Of a stretch of DNA of 64,000 nt, positions 27,641-40,000 are shown piece by piece. This stretch comes from Tubiluchus corallicola (Eukaryota; Animalia; Priapulida). Where the stretch lies: assembly GCA_030141605.1 (NCBI GenBank), contig JAQGDQ010000008.1, positions 1,636,707 through 1,700,706 on the forward strand. Direction: 5' to 3'. The translations under genes were made by a program, and so were the position numbers. The notes below the pieces were generated by a model. That model had not been told where the DNA came from, searched no databases, and saw only the letters and a program-made list of their open reading frames with translations. Position 1 is the first letter of the stretch. Each line of letters opens with the position of its first letter.

Positions 27641-29094
27641 ATTTTATTAGTACGTATTTAGTAGCATAGTATTAGTACTAATGGTAGTATCTAAAACTGA
27701 ACTGCGAGCTTTTAGCAAATTTCAAATCTATTTCATTTTTCTATCACCCTTTTGAGTCGAGGAGACGTTACAACAATTGCGTACTATGCTTTCTGTTGAA
27801 TTATTACAATTTTTCCGTTGATCTAAGGCTGATTTTAGCCGTTTTAAAGTTCACGCCATCTAATACTGCTTTCCATGAATCTGTGAAACTGTTACCATCT
27901 AGGACATTTCCAAATGACATAAGCCTGTTCGAACTCAAAGAGTTTTTAATGTGCATACTGCTTAACATGCTAACAAAGTAGCGCAAGATTAAAGAACTTT
28001 GGTGTTACACTAATCGAGTGCTTGAATGTTTTCTGCTAATTCGTTAATAACGTGTTCTATTGATGCAGCTTTCTCGTTCTTCAGTTTTACAAATAGTCTT
28101 GTAATTTCGTCATTAGTAAGTCTATACTCTTTATTAATAGCATCAGTAAAAGAAAAAAATTATCATGTTTCTGGTCAAACTATCATTATTAACACGTTCT
28201 GTACTGGCGCAGCTTTTGAAAATGCACAAATTACTACATTGAAATGTAGCGCTTGTAGATGACCTTTTTTATACTTTGACCTCTTAATAATTTTCAATTT
28301 GTTCAGGGTTGATAAAACGCAAATTTGGAATTTTAAAATTTTAAATTTTTTTTGCATTTTTGTTCTTTTTTCACCTAACAGTTTTTGTGTAATTTAGCTT
28401 GTTTTTAACGTAGAATACTTTGCCTCGCACTTTTTCTTTCTTTACCTTATTTTTAAGATATAAATAATTTTTCCTTTTTGCACTCAGCATCAAACCAAGG
28501 TTGTTAAATATTTCTCCTTTCTCCTTTTACTTGCTGTATTTTGGTAGAATTTAAACACTTATAGTTATGAAGGCTGGCTTAAGCGTTATACTACACATTA
28601 ATTAATTAATCTATTACTTTCTTCTCTGTATTTATAATTTTATATGACCAGTCGTGTTAATCATCAATTTGTATGTTAACAATAGCGTTACAGTTGAGTG
28701 TTTCTTGAAAAGTTAATAAAACATTTCCGGGCAGTTTAACCATTTGAAACATCCTATTTCTGCAAATGCATTTCTGAGAATGATCTATCAAGTCTAGAAT
28801 AAATTATAATCAGCACCATTAGAAAGACATAAAAAGAGCAATAAACTTGTGATGCGAATTTGTAAACTACAATCGAGAAAACAATTTCAAAAGTCAAAAA
28901 CTGTCATACCAGAATGTTCATAAAAATCAACTTTATCATTTCATGTTACGGTGCCCGTTAAAAGTTGTGAAAAAAACAGACTGATGTTCTTAAGCATACT
29001 TGCAATCGCTGATATGAAACGACTTTTTGTTTTTTCACGAAAAAAAAAGAAATATTTTGAAACTATGTAGACTAATAACATGATAAATAAATTA

Positions 29095-30114
29095 TCAACT
29101 TTCTTCTCTCATTGCATCCCAGTTTAACTTGACCGGATCGTCGAGAAATTCCACGAACGAAGAGTTCCAAGATGTCAGCGGTTCAAAATCACATACACCC
29201 AGTGCCTCTTTCCCATTACTCTTATAATTCATTCCCTTTTCTCGTCTATTGCAAGCCAGTGTTCTATTCTCAGGTAAATTAGCGTACAGCGTATATAAGT
29301 TGTTCACTGCGAAATAATACATTATGTAAGAAGAAGGCATGGTCTTCATTTTTAAATGTCGCTTTGGCAACCAGGCATTTGTGATCAATCTTTGTCCAGA
29401 AATTTTTGGAACAAAAGTGTCATCTTTCATGACTGAGTACACCCAGTGCCGAAACTGCTTCCACTTTTCTGGAATAGGTGCTAGTCCCCAAGTGCCCACT
29501 TGGTGATACGCAAACACGTCTATGTCGCGGCACTCTTGACAGAGAGGGTTTCTGTGTCTTCCAGTACGCGAAATCAAAGTACCTCTCTGCAATGTTACAG
29601 CCCCAATGTCTGTTCTGTTATGATATCGCAAAAGTGTAGCTTTGAGCCAGATGTAGAAGTAAGGAGAGACTTCGAGATCGTCTTCCAAAATGAGCCCGTA
29701 CTCCCCTTCTACTTCAGAAGGTCTCCAGCAATCGTACCATTGCAAATATGGACCTTGATGAATAGGATGTACTATTGTTTTCTTTTCTCCGTATTTCCAC
29801 ACGAATGAGTTAATGACATCAAGCGTTTCCTGTGACACTGTACCATCTGTGGCGTCTCTATCTACACATATCTTCAGTCGAACTTCTTCATTGTTGTATT
29901 CGCTAGAACTAATAGATTTGAGTAGTCTCTTCAACGATTCTGGTCTGTTGTGCGTCAGCACAGCCAGCTCTAGCAGGAAAACCTCGTCGTCTGTTTCTTG
30001 GTTAACCCGCAAGACTAGAGAGATTATTAGATGTCTGATTATCAGAATAACACAAGTTATGCAGAAGACAGATTTTAGTCTGTCTTTCCAACGTTGTATA
30101 CGTAGTTTATGCAT
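29095..30114 (-). CDS. Type II membrane GT-A-fold glycosyltransferase (GT2-like), intronless, 339 aa
   Basis: Short basic N-terminus plus TM anchor (VFCITCVILIIRHLIISLVL); GT-A start LAVLTHNRPESLKRLLKSI; DXD-type motif GLILEDDLEVSPYFYIWL; later QVGTWG. Confidence 0.85.
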   Translation of the reverse strand: MHKLRIQRWKDRLKSVFCITCVILIIRHLIISLVLRVNQETDDEVFLLELAVLTHNRPESLKRLLKSISSSEYNNEEVRLKICVDRDATDGTVSQETLDVINSFVWKYGEKKTIVHPIHQGPYLQWYDCWRPSEVEGEYGLILEDDLEVSPYFYIWLKATLLRYHNRTDIGAVTLQRGTLISRTGRHRNPLCQECRDIDVFAYHQVGTWGLAPIPEKWKQFRHWVYSVMKDDTFVPKISGQRLITNAWLPKRHLKMKTMPSSYIMYYFAVNNLYTLYANLPENRTLACNRREKGMNYKSNGKEALGVCDFEPLTSWNSSFVEFLDDPVKLNWDAMREES

Positions 30115-30799
30115 TCAAATAATTTACTATTCAACGTTGAGCTTCAAATCGTTCATGCACTTTTTTCATTCTAAAATTACCACACTAGTGTGGGCAACAT
30201 TAAGTACTGGGATACATTCACACCTGGGGAAGTATTTTAGTGACTGAGTTCACTAACACTGACTGATGTTACTTGTCGTTTTAAATTGGTCGCTTCCGCA
30301 TAAATAAGTGCTACAGAGCTATTCAAATTGCCCCCAGCGACCAACTGTTCGCGGTACTTTGCATGTAAGAATTCTCCAGTCGTGCAGATTTTGGCTATTG
30401 CGTTTATGAAAATCAATATCTTGCTGTGCAGGTATTTCTTGCTTGGATTTAGGATATACTTAATTATCAAGAAGTCAAAAATTATATCCTTGCGTATAAA
30501 CTCTTTGATATAAGTCATTCAATGAAATGATCATGTATAGAACTGGAGCAATTGCAAATTAATTCATTAAGTGGCAATTTAAATGAGACAATAGCAAAAT
30601 ATTTGATTGTAGAAGCTACGATGTCCGACTTCTTCTTTTCAGCTTCTCTCTTTTCTTGTTTTCTTTTTTCTTCTGTCTCTCGTGTTTCATTTTTGCCTTA
30701 TACACATTAACAAACACACCACGCTCGCAATATGGTGAGTCAACCAAGATTTGAACTCAGAACATGTGTTTGCATTCCAGCTATTTACTCAGCATGGCA

Positions 30800-30802
<3 letters not shown>

Positions 30803-30875
<73 letters not shown>

Positions 30876-30913
30876 GTCTCTCTCTTCTCTCTCTCTATTT
30901 CTCTTCTCTCTGT

Positions 30914-30997
<84 letters not shown>

Positions 30998-31030
30998 TCT
31001 CTCTTCTATCTTTGTCTCTCTCTCTCTCCT
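30803..31030. repeat. (CT)n microsatellite with a short (CG)n
   Basis: Visible array. Confidence 0.95.
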
Positions 31031-31639
31031 ATTTTTCTCTCCTTTCCTTCTGACATGGTTATTCCAAATTGAAATAGGCAAAACATTTAGGCCAAAGTTC
31101 TAATGCAGAACCAGCCAGTATTTAAATTACAGTTCAGTAAATTTGACTAGCCGCAGGCGGTCTACTGCAATTAAAAGATTATTCACGTTCTAAAAGTTAC
31201 ACTGTCGAATAAACTGTAATGAGAGGAGCTGTTGTGGTACAAATTTGGGCAAAGATTCAACTTTTACAGCTTTCTAAATTGCTTTCTTGTTAACATGTCC
31301 TATCTGTAATTTATTGCGCCTTCCTTTTTATATATTGTTTCATTTATATGTAAATAAATAAATGACTAAATAAATAAATAAGTGAATGAATGAATGAAAG
31401 CAAGAAAAATGACTACCTGACGACCGAAAGTACGCGCAGCGTAAAACTGAATAAAGGTGGCAGCACCTACCAATGTGCCTTCCTGTTTATATATTGTTGC
31501 ATTTATATATAAATAAATAAATAAATAAGTGAATGAATGAATGAATTGTCTGTGGCTGATTTGTGATCATCTGTTTTTATTTATTTTATTATTCGCACCC
31601 AATAGTAAAACACAGTCTACAATAAAAACAGTATATATA

Positions 31640-32045
31640 AAACACGTTGGCAAAACATACAAATAAAATATTTACAAGAGTGTGGGAAAGACACAAAGAG
31701 ATTAACTACTTACATGTGTCTATTGTGTACAAGGAATTTATGCAAGTTAACTTTATATAAGCGGCTTTTAAATAACTTCATATTTTGTGCAGTTATGAGT
31801 GGTGCACCATCAACATATGCAGGCAATGGGTTTCAAATCGATAAAACTCGATTTGAGAAAAGTTGACCAATGATACTTTAGCTGTTCGACTCACGAAAAG
31901 CTTTAGAAAATGATTTTGCCTTGTTCTATTGTAAGATACACGAGTAAAAAATTTGTCAACATCAACTTCTCTATGAATAATTTGGTAGCATAAAGCTAAA
32001 TCTTTTTGAATGGGTCTTTCCTCTAAAGACTTTAGATCTGTCGGA
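31640..32045 (-). mobile_element. Degenerate CR1-type LINE 3' fragment
   Basis: Minus-strand LKSLEERPIQKDLALCYQIIHREVDVDKFF...TRQNHFLKLF matches the CR1 post-RT pattern LxSLExRR..DL..YKI..TRxHxxKL. Confidence 0.7.
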
Positions 32046-32690
32046 GATCTGATATATCAGTGTGCAGAGGTATGATGCTGATGACGATAGTGGCGATGAT
32101 GAAAATGGTTACGATGATGATGTTAAATCGGAAACCAACGGCCATTTTTTCCATTGTATTAAATGATAAAGCCTTGTACAGAAATAAATGCATATATGTA
32201 TTAAACTGGTTTCAATGATATATGATATTATATTTTTAACCGAGCGCCTATTGGTAATGTTGTGACAGGTGTGTTATTTTGTATCTTAAGACTACTTCGC
32301 GAATTTCTTGTTTAAATCACGGATGTAAATGTATAAAAGGAAGTGGAACTTCCATTCCATACCCTGGATGGGGGAAGATTAGCACTTTTAAACACCTGTT
32401 GCTAGACTCACTTTGACAACTCTTTTCACTGTAAGCATACATCTGTAAGCATTGTCGATAGAATGTTAATAATTAACCTGAAGTATATATATATAATAAT
32501 ATATATATATATATAAATCCATGCCATCAATCCATGCATGCATGAAATGCTACATGGTCATTAATAGTAGTTTTGATTTCAGGCAGGATTTCAAGGACTG
32601 TGTTTTTTTGCGAAAGGCAAAGTGAATTTTGAATACTATATAGATACATGTATATTATGTATTTGTTTTAGGTATATTGTTAAAAAGGCA

Positions 32691-35600
32691 ATGGAACGTC
32701 TTATTGTCTTTGCACTTCTTTTTGCTGGCGCACGGGGTAAGCAGTTTTCAGGTTACTAGTTCGTGGAAATTTTGCACACATAATTCTGAACAAAATGGCA
32801 GCTTTGAACAGTTGAGAATTATTAATCGAAGAATGTTGAAGGATGGTGATGGAATGTAAAATACGTATAACTTTCTAATAATCTAATGTGTGCTGGCTGT
32901 GCCAGTATTTAAAGATAATAGATGTAGAATTTGGCAATTGGGGGTTACATATCAGACAAGACGACTCCGTACAGCTATTTGCACATCTATTTCCAAAAAT
33001 TGTGTTTAAAATATGAAAATAAGACTAATAAGGTGGAAAGTATTAACGTTAGGTTATTTTTCCCAACAAATGTAAAATTTATATGTGCTCCATTTCTGGG
33101 GCAGTTCGTTCTTCTTCGTGCTGTTTAAACTTTCATTTCTGTCATTAATTAAGCGCCTATGATCACACAAAAGCTATGAAAATTATTTTGAGTGTAATTT
33201 TTAACAGAATTTTCACTACATTACCGTCGTCTAAAGTCTTTCATGCCCACTGCAATAAGAAGTTCGTATATATTTTTACAGCTTACTACCAAGAGTCAGC
33301 TTGTGCAGCAGTAGGTGGTAGATGTTCGTATGTGTCATATTGTCGGGGCACATCGTTGAGTGGCAAATGTCCGACACAGCCATATGACGTTAAGTGCTGC
33401 ACCGGAAGTAAGTTATTTTCCTATGTTTTGCACTCGCCGAGTTCTTAATATTCCTTTTACCTACAAAGTTTACCCGAGAAAGCGGATAGTTAACTAAATC
33501 CTTGTAATTTTGCATTCTCTAATGCTACCAATTCTGATCATTGTTACTGAGTAAATTTTTTGTACTTTGAAAGAAATGTCAAAATTTCTGTGTCAGCACC
33601 TTAATTTTTTGCTAACATTTTGCTTAACAGTTTGAAGTTGTTTTTTACAAAGCAACTGTAATTTCCGACAAGCATTGGTGGTCATTGACGTAGAAAATCT
33701 TCGTACAACGCAAATGCAAAAGAGAAGCAGAGCCGAGATACAACAACAACAACAACGACGACGACGATGACGAAGACGACAACGGCGGCGGCGACGACGA
33801 CGACGACAACAACAACAACAACAACAACTATAATGATAATAATAACTGCAAATTTATAATAGTATTAGGTCAATGTTTTAAAAAAGCTTATATATTTACA
33901 TTTATTACAACTGTTTAAAATTATGCTAGTTGAAATCCAAGCAAAAGACAAAATAATGATAAAAAATGCCAGTCTATTAAGGCGTACAATATTAATTTTT
34001 TTCAGTCTACCAGGAAGACAAGTGTTCTCGCATTGGCGGAACGTGCACAACTAGTTGTTTTGGTACAACACATAGTGGCTACTGTCCGACTCAGGGTAGC
34101 AATGTTCGATGCTGTGTGATCAATAGTGGTAAGAATTCAATGTTAATTTTTGCGTCATCACTATACTGCTTTTACAAGTTATTTATGCTATATCATTTTG
34201 TTTTCTTGTGGTTTAGAACTTCTTTCCCAGTAAAAGAGATAAAATTATCTATACAGCAACAGGTTTATTTTATCGTTTAATTTTAAGCTTTCTGCGCGAA
34301 TATAACTTTTTATGAAACTTTCTCTTTCTTGTCAACACTGGTACGTACGCTAGTGACATTACCATGAGCAATACACTTTAAAACTAGCTTCTGTTGCTGC
34401 TGAGGTTAGTAAAACGCCAATTATATTTTTATTTCTACCGCGCATTTAATCAGATCATAAATTTTATACTAATTATTGTTACATAGACTCATATTGTTAC
34501 AGATACTTGTGATGATCCTGTTGCTAAGGAGTATGCTTGCAAACTGTTCTCCATGCACGAACAAAACAAAGTGTTTCTGAAACCAAACCACTTCAATTCT
34601 GTTGCTAGGTACCTGTGACGACCCTGTCGCTAGGGACTATGCCTGCCTCCTAGTTTCAATGCACGATCAAGGCAGAGTTTACCTAAAACCAGATCATTTT
34701 GACCCACAAGGTAACAATCCATATGATGGTGCAGCAGTTCTTGACAACATCAAAGACACGTGCAACGGACTAGCAGTAAAGCGGTCCAGGTACATTTACC
34801 AACAGTATAAATTAACTTCTTATAGAATGTCTGTATTTGGGTAATCTTTGTCCTTTTGTTTGGAGACTTTATTTGAGCCCCAGTAATTATGGTAACATAT
34901 AATACTTGGTTGGTTTTTTGTTTTGTTTACTGTAGCTATTGCTGCTCTTCGGGCTGTTCCCCAGGTGGAAAGGTATGCCTGCAAGGCAAGATGGTGAGAA
35001 ATCTGTACAATTATGCAGACAGCTTCTGGAATACCCATTCTCAAGTTATGGAAGTGAGTGTAATTAGACTTATATTGAAAAGAAAGTGGATTATCATTTA
35101 GCGTGCAAGATGTTTATTCTTTTAAAATTGGCATGATTCTAAAGCACTGGTTAGCACGAACCCTATTTATACTTTTGTAATTTGAATGAACGACTTTGTG
35201 AAGTTACATTTTTTTGCTGGGTATTATAATATTTTTATTACTATGTAGATCATTGCCACTATAACAATCATTACAACGTTGACATGTTAAGCCTTTAAAA
35301 AAACAGTGAAGTGGATAACACAGTACTCATAACGCCTACAAATTTTTGTGTTGTTGCTTGCTTCATAGTCAAACGTAGCCCAAGAATGCAACTTTTAACA
35401 GGGTGCCTTAGTACTTGAGACTGTTCATTCAGTGCTTTGATGTAAGGAGTAGTAACACTGAGAATGACATACTTAAAATTTCGTTTTTTTATTTAGTAGT
35501 AGTTTACAAGAATTAATATACATATCACATGATTCAACGACTCATTTAATGATACGCTCTTATATAAATCAATTCGCTTCAATTCCAACAGGTTAACTCC

Positions 35601-35792
35601 TTGGCTGGTTCCTGTCACTCGACCACCTCTAAACACTACCGTGGGTCCACGTACGATGTACGCTGTACATATCCCATCAACCATTGCAAGGCTCTTGAGA
35701 ATCATTGTAGGAGTGAAGACCCTGTGGAGCTGTGTTACCCTGGTGGCCCTTGCTCTGGACACAATACCTGGGTGCACTGTGCTTTTGCTTAA
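32691..35792 (+). CDS. Secreted beta-defensin-module / M15-like Zn peptidase, paralog 1 (264 aa, 6 coding exons)
   Basis: Exons 32691-32736, 33282-33407, 34006-34128, 34609-34789, 34936-35053, 35592-35792 all have GT-AG boundaries and join in frame (795 nt). Product: MERLIVFALLFAGARA|YYQESACAAVGGRCSYVSYCRGTSLSGKCPTQPYDVKCCTGIYQEDKCSRIGGTCTTSCFGTTHSGYCPTQGSNVRCCVINSGTCDDPVARDYAC...NIKDTCNGLAVKRSSYCCSSGCSPGGKVCL...VNSLAGSCHSTTSKHYRGSTYDV...ELCYPGGPCSGHNTWVHCAFA. Exon sizes are identical in paralog 2. A competing acceptor at 34502 makes exon-4 usage uncertain. Confidence 0.85.
34503..34608 (+). other. Truncated original, or alternative, exon 4 of paralog 1
   Basis: After acceptor ttgttacag it encodes DTCDDPVAKEYACKLFSMHEQNKVFLKPNHFNSVA, a diverged homologue of the exon starting at 34609. 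Confidence 0.8.
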
Positions 35793-37010
35793 TCAAAGGC
35801 AGAGTTAGAGACATATTGCTAAACTTTTAGCATGTTAACAAGCCATATATCTCATGCTATTGCAGTATGTAATCTTTATGCTGTGCACATTTTTACTGTA
35901 TTTAAAAGTAATTGAAAATTACTGAAAATTAACAATGTTATTAGTTATTACTAGCAAAAACGTTTTTATCTTTTGTTTGTTGAAGTAAGGATGTTACAAC
36001 GCAGCCTTACTACAACTGCATAGCCATTAACTTATACAAATACTTTACTGTCATCACGGCATTACTATTATCACCATGTCGATTACTGCTGCCATCATAA
36101 TCATCATCATCATCATGATCATCATCATGGTCGTCATCATCATGATCATGATCATCGTCATCATCATAATTAATTTTGCTCTCATTAGTGCTACTGTTGC
36201 CACTACCGCCACCACACTCCTCGTCGCTATCACCCTCAGCACCCATTGTCATTACAATTATATCGATCTGCACACCTCGGCACCTAAAAGATGTCTGGAT
36301 ACATATGTTATAAAATTTATGGCACTAGTTTGGTTGAATAAAATCATCAGCGTGTTTTTAATAGATTGCTGACCATCACGGAGTGTGTCAGAAAAATTTA
36401 TTGTATTTCAATATTATGGGTTTTGTAAATTAAACACTAGCAGAATAAAAATTTATATGAACTGGCTATAAACGCTATAGTATTAATACTATTTTTTGGC
36501 GATATACACGAGCAACAAAGATTTTTGAATAGACAATTATAAAGTAGGTCTGCTGTTCAAGTTGCACGTGAGCTAGCATTGTACCTGTTATATGTACCTG
36601 TAACTTTGATTTAATAAAAGGTTTCTGCTGTATGCTACCAGTCAACGCTTCAACTCGGGTGGATATTCGAGATTATAAAGAGGTATGGTTTACTGTAGAT
36701 TGTGACCAGAGTTTTTCAGCGTTTATATGCTAGCCTGTAAACATGCTGAATAAGTTCCCTCACATGCGATTGCGTATAAAGTTCAGTATGCCCACATTCT
36801 TCATAAGCCCAATTTAGACATCTGGATATTATCAAATGTCCCACTTGAGTCGTGACTATGGTGTTTGTTTAACAAAATTGTCAAGGCGTTTTATCTAGTG
36901 ATTGTCGTAACAAGTCTGGCACACCACGTGATACAATTTTGTCAATCGGCCACTTTGCCTTAAATTTAAAATTCTCTGAGTCTGTTTGTTGGTACGCCTA
37001 GATTACCACG

Positions 37011-40000
37011 ATGAAACTTTTGGTGGCGTTTATGCTGCTTGTTGCTGGCACGCAAGGTAAGCGTTTTCCGCATTTAGCCACATTTGCATGATAAGTGCAC
37101 AAATACTCCATACCTAAGGTAATACTTTAAAAGTAAGCTTCAAAAGTAGTTGTCTGCAAATACTTAGAAACATTGCCTTTTTAACATTTGACCTTGCAAC
37201 AAAGATAAATGACTGTAACTAGTTAATTGTGAAATAAAGTTCATTGAAATGAGAAAATGTTCAGTGAAGATATCCTAAATTTGCCCAATGTGAAATAAAA
37301 CTCGTCCAGGTAAGAAAACAGACAGTAAAGATATCCTAAATTTGCCCAATGTGAAATAAAACTCATCCAGGTAAGAGAATGGACAATAAAGAAATTATCA
37401 CGACCTCTTTTCTCGATAGATTGATCGTATAGTTTATCTAGCCGTATCGAGTGATCATGAATTAATCGTATAGATTTTATGGATGTATTAGATTTTATAG
37501 ATTCGCTTCCCGTTTGCTATGAGGTGATTGATCGCTTTTCAGTCACCTGACTCCGAGGGCTTTAGTTCAGTCTATCAGGCAATGATGATGTCCTTCAAGA
37601 CTATCACTTCGACCTTGCATTGTGAGTGGAGGCCTATTTCCCTCAAGTTAACAAGCGTAGCTCCCGCAATTGAGCTTTCTTAAGTACAATGTGAATCTCT
37701 CAAGTTCGTATCTAGGATTTAGTGTTGCTTTACTGTGAACGCTCTTAATCATACAAGAACTTGTTATCTGCGTTACTACAGTGAACAGACTTTATTAGAT
37801 TACAAATTACATGTTATCTACTCTGGCTTTCTTTACACGATTTGTCCTTATATGCCGGTGGGCGCTTACAACTAGAGTATAGCTCCAGCGAAGATGCTAT
37901 TCACTTTAAGTACTCACAGTTCGATATGCTGCACTGAAGGTGGTTAATACAATGCGAATGCTACAGTTATACAGATTTAGACTCAGATACAAATAAGTTG
38001 AATTCATTTAACTTGTGGATTGACCAATGTACCCTTACACTTGGTCAAATCCTGATTGCTTATCGAGACCACGTCGCACCAGTGCTCAGTCTTGGCTGAG
38101 AACGTAGAATCCGATCCACGCTGGGCTAAAACGCTGCTTCTGTCATCTAGAAGTTTGTCTCGGACAGAACACGATGGCGGCAACCACTGTCAGACTCTCT
38201 CCTTCGTTGTGTAAATCTCTAGTATCTTACCAGAGCTTATATCTCTGAGAGCTGACCTTCGATGATATTGCACCGTATGGCACATCCAGCAACATCTGTG
38301 GCATCTGCTACCTCCCGTCAAGAGACTTCTGATTTTACAATCAGTAATGAGTTCTCTTGAATTCCATCGTCTTTTGAGACCTTCCTACCGTCGTCGGCAA
38401 ATCTTCAGATTTCTCTCTCTAATGTCACTGAGCACTGATAGAGACCTTGGCTGCTATCATAAAGTTACTTCTACGCGACATCTAAATCGCTCTAGAACCT
38501 CTCTTAATTAGTTCTAACTCTGCATGTATCCCTTTTGAGACAATAGTGGCTTTCTTAAACAAGACACTTGCATTTCTGTAACACGTGTGACAATTCTGTC
38601 GCATTAAATTCGTACTACCAGCTGGGTGAGTTTCTCTGTCAACCGTGTAAATTTATTTCATGAAATCAGGGAGGCGTGAGTTTATCAACTGAATCTAATT
38701 CAGCTGATAACTCTATTAATTATCTTCCAAAATACATATTCATAAATTTATTCATAGCAATATCCTAAATTTGCCCAATGTGAAATAAAGCTCGTCCACG
38801 TAAGAAAATGGACAGTAAAGATATCCTAAATTTGCCCAATGTGAAATAAAACTCGTCTAGGTAAGAAAATGGACAGTAAAGACATCCTAAATTTGCCCAT
38901 TGCGAAATAAAACTCGTCCTGGTAAGAAAATGGACAACAAAGATATAACCTACGTAAAGTTAATGTGCACATGAAATAAACTGAATAGAATAGATATTCT
39001 TGTGAAAGACTATAATATTCAATGTGCTTCACAGAACAGAACAATATGCTTTAATTTTGAAATTTTATTAATCTGTATTCATAACTTGTTGAATGGAGTA
39101 TGAATGCCGATATTTTAGTTTACAATCAAAGTATGTTAGCAATATCAGTGCCAGAATCTTACCAAGATCTGGTTTTATTGTAATTTTTTTTACAAAACAG
39201 CTCGAATTGTATGATTCAATATGGATGCTGATTACTGTAAAGAAAACTGGACAGAATGCTTTTGCTGCTGGTATACCTTGTATTGGAAAATATTATTTTT
39301 GCTCTTACAGCTTATTACCAGGAATCGGCTTGTGCAGCAGAAGGTGGCTGGTGCACTTACGAGTCCTACTGTCGTGGGTCGTCATTGACTGGTAGATGTC
39401 CTACTCAACCAAACGATGTGAAGTGTTGCACCGGAAGTAAGTAACAGTACTCTTTTGCCATCACTTTCAGGCCTTTGATTATTCGTGAATTGTCTTGATC
39501 ACGTACATTGGATACTTTAAGTCATATAAAACTCCCAGTGGAATGCTTACAGTATTTCTTAAATGATTGCAATTCGTTGTAAATTAAAATTATATTTTAG
39601 AATAGAAAAATAATTTTTTACTGATCTAAATTTGACTAAAAATTAAGCTTAATCTTCTTCTAAATTAAATTTGCAAGTTTATTTTTAGTCTATCAGGAGG
39701 ATGAATGTGCTCGTATTGGCGGCACGTGTTCGACTAGTTGTTCTGGTACAACACATAGTGGCTACTGTCCAACCCAGGCTAGCAATGTTCGATGCTGTGT
39801 GGTCAATAGTGGTATGAATTCAATGTTAATTTTTGCGTTATCACTATACTGCCTTTACAGGTTATTTATTTATATAATTTTGCTTACTTGTGGTTTAGAA
39901 CTTCTTTGCTAGTAAAAGAGATAGAATGATCCATACAGCGACACGTTTATTTTTATTTCATTTACTTAATTTTTAGCTCTATGCGCAAGCAAAACTTTCT

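Noticed and set aside
27750-28560. Minus-strand Lys-rich coding-like remnant
   Set aside because: Multiple stops and no recognisable motif; probably decayed transposon sequence but cannot be classified by eye.
35592-35792. Hedgehog or Hedgling N-terminal domain as the identity of the SxH-x6-D protein
   Set aside because: It shares the fold motif only. Hedge-domain hallmarks (CGPGR, LRVTEGWDED, GFDWV) and a Hint domain are absent, and the C-terminal GPxxxGH..xxH pattern fits bacterial M15A better.
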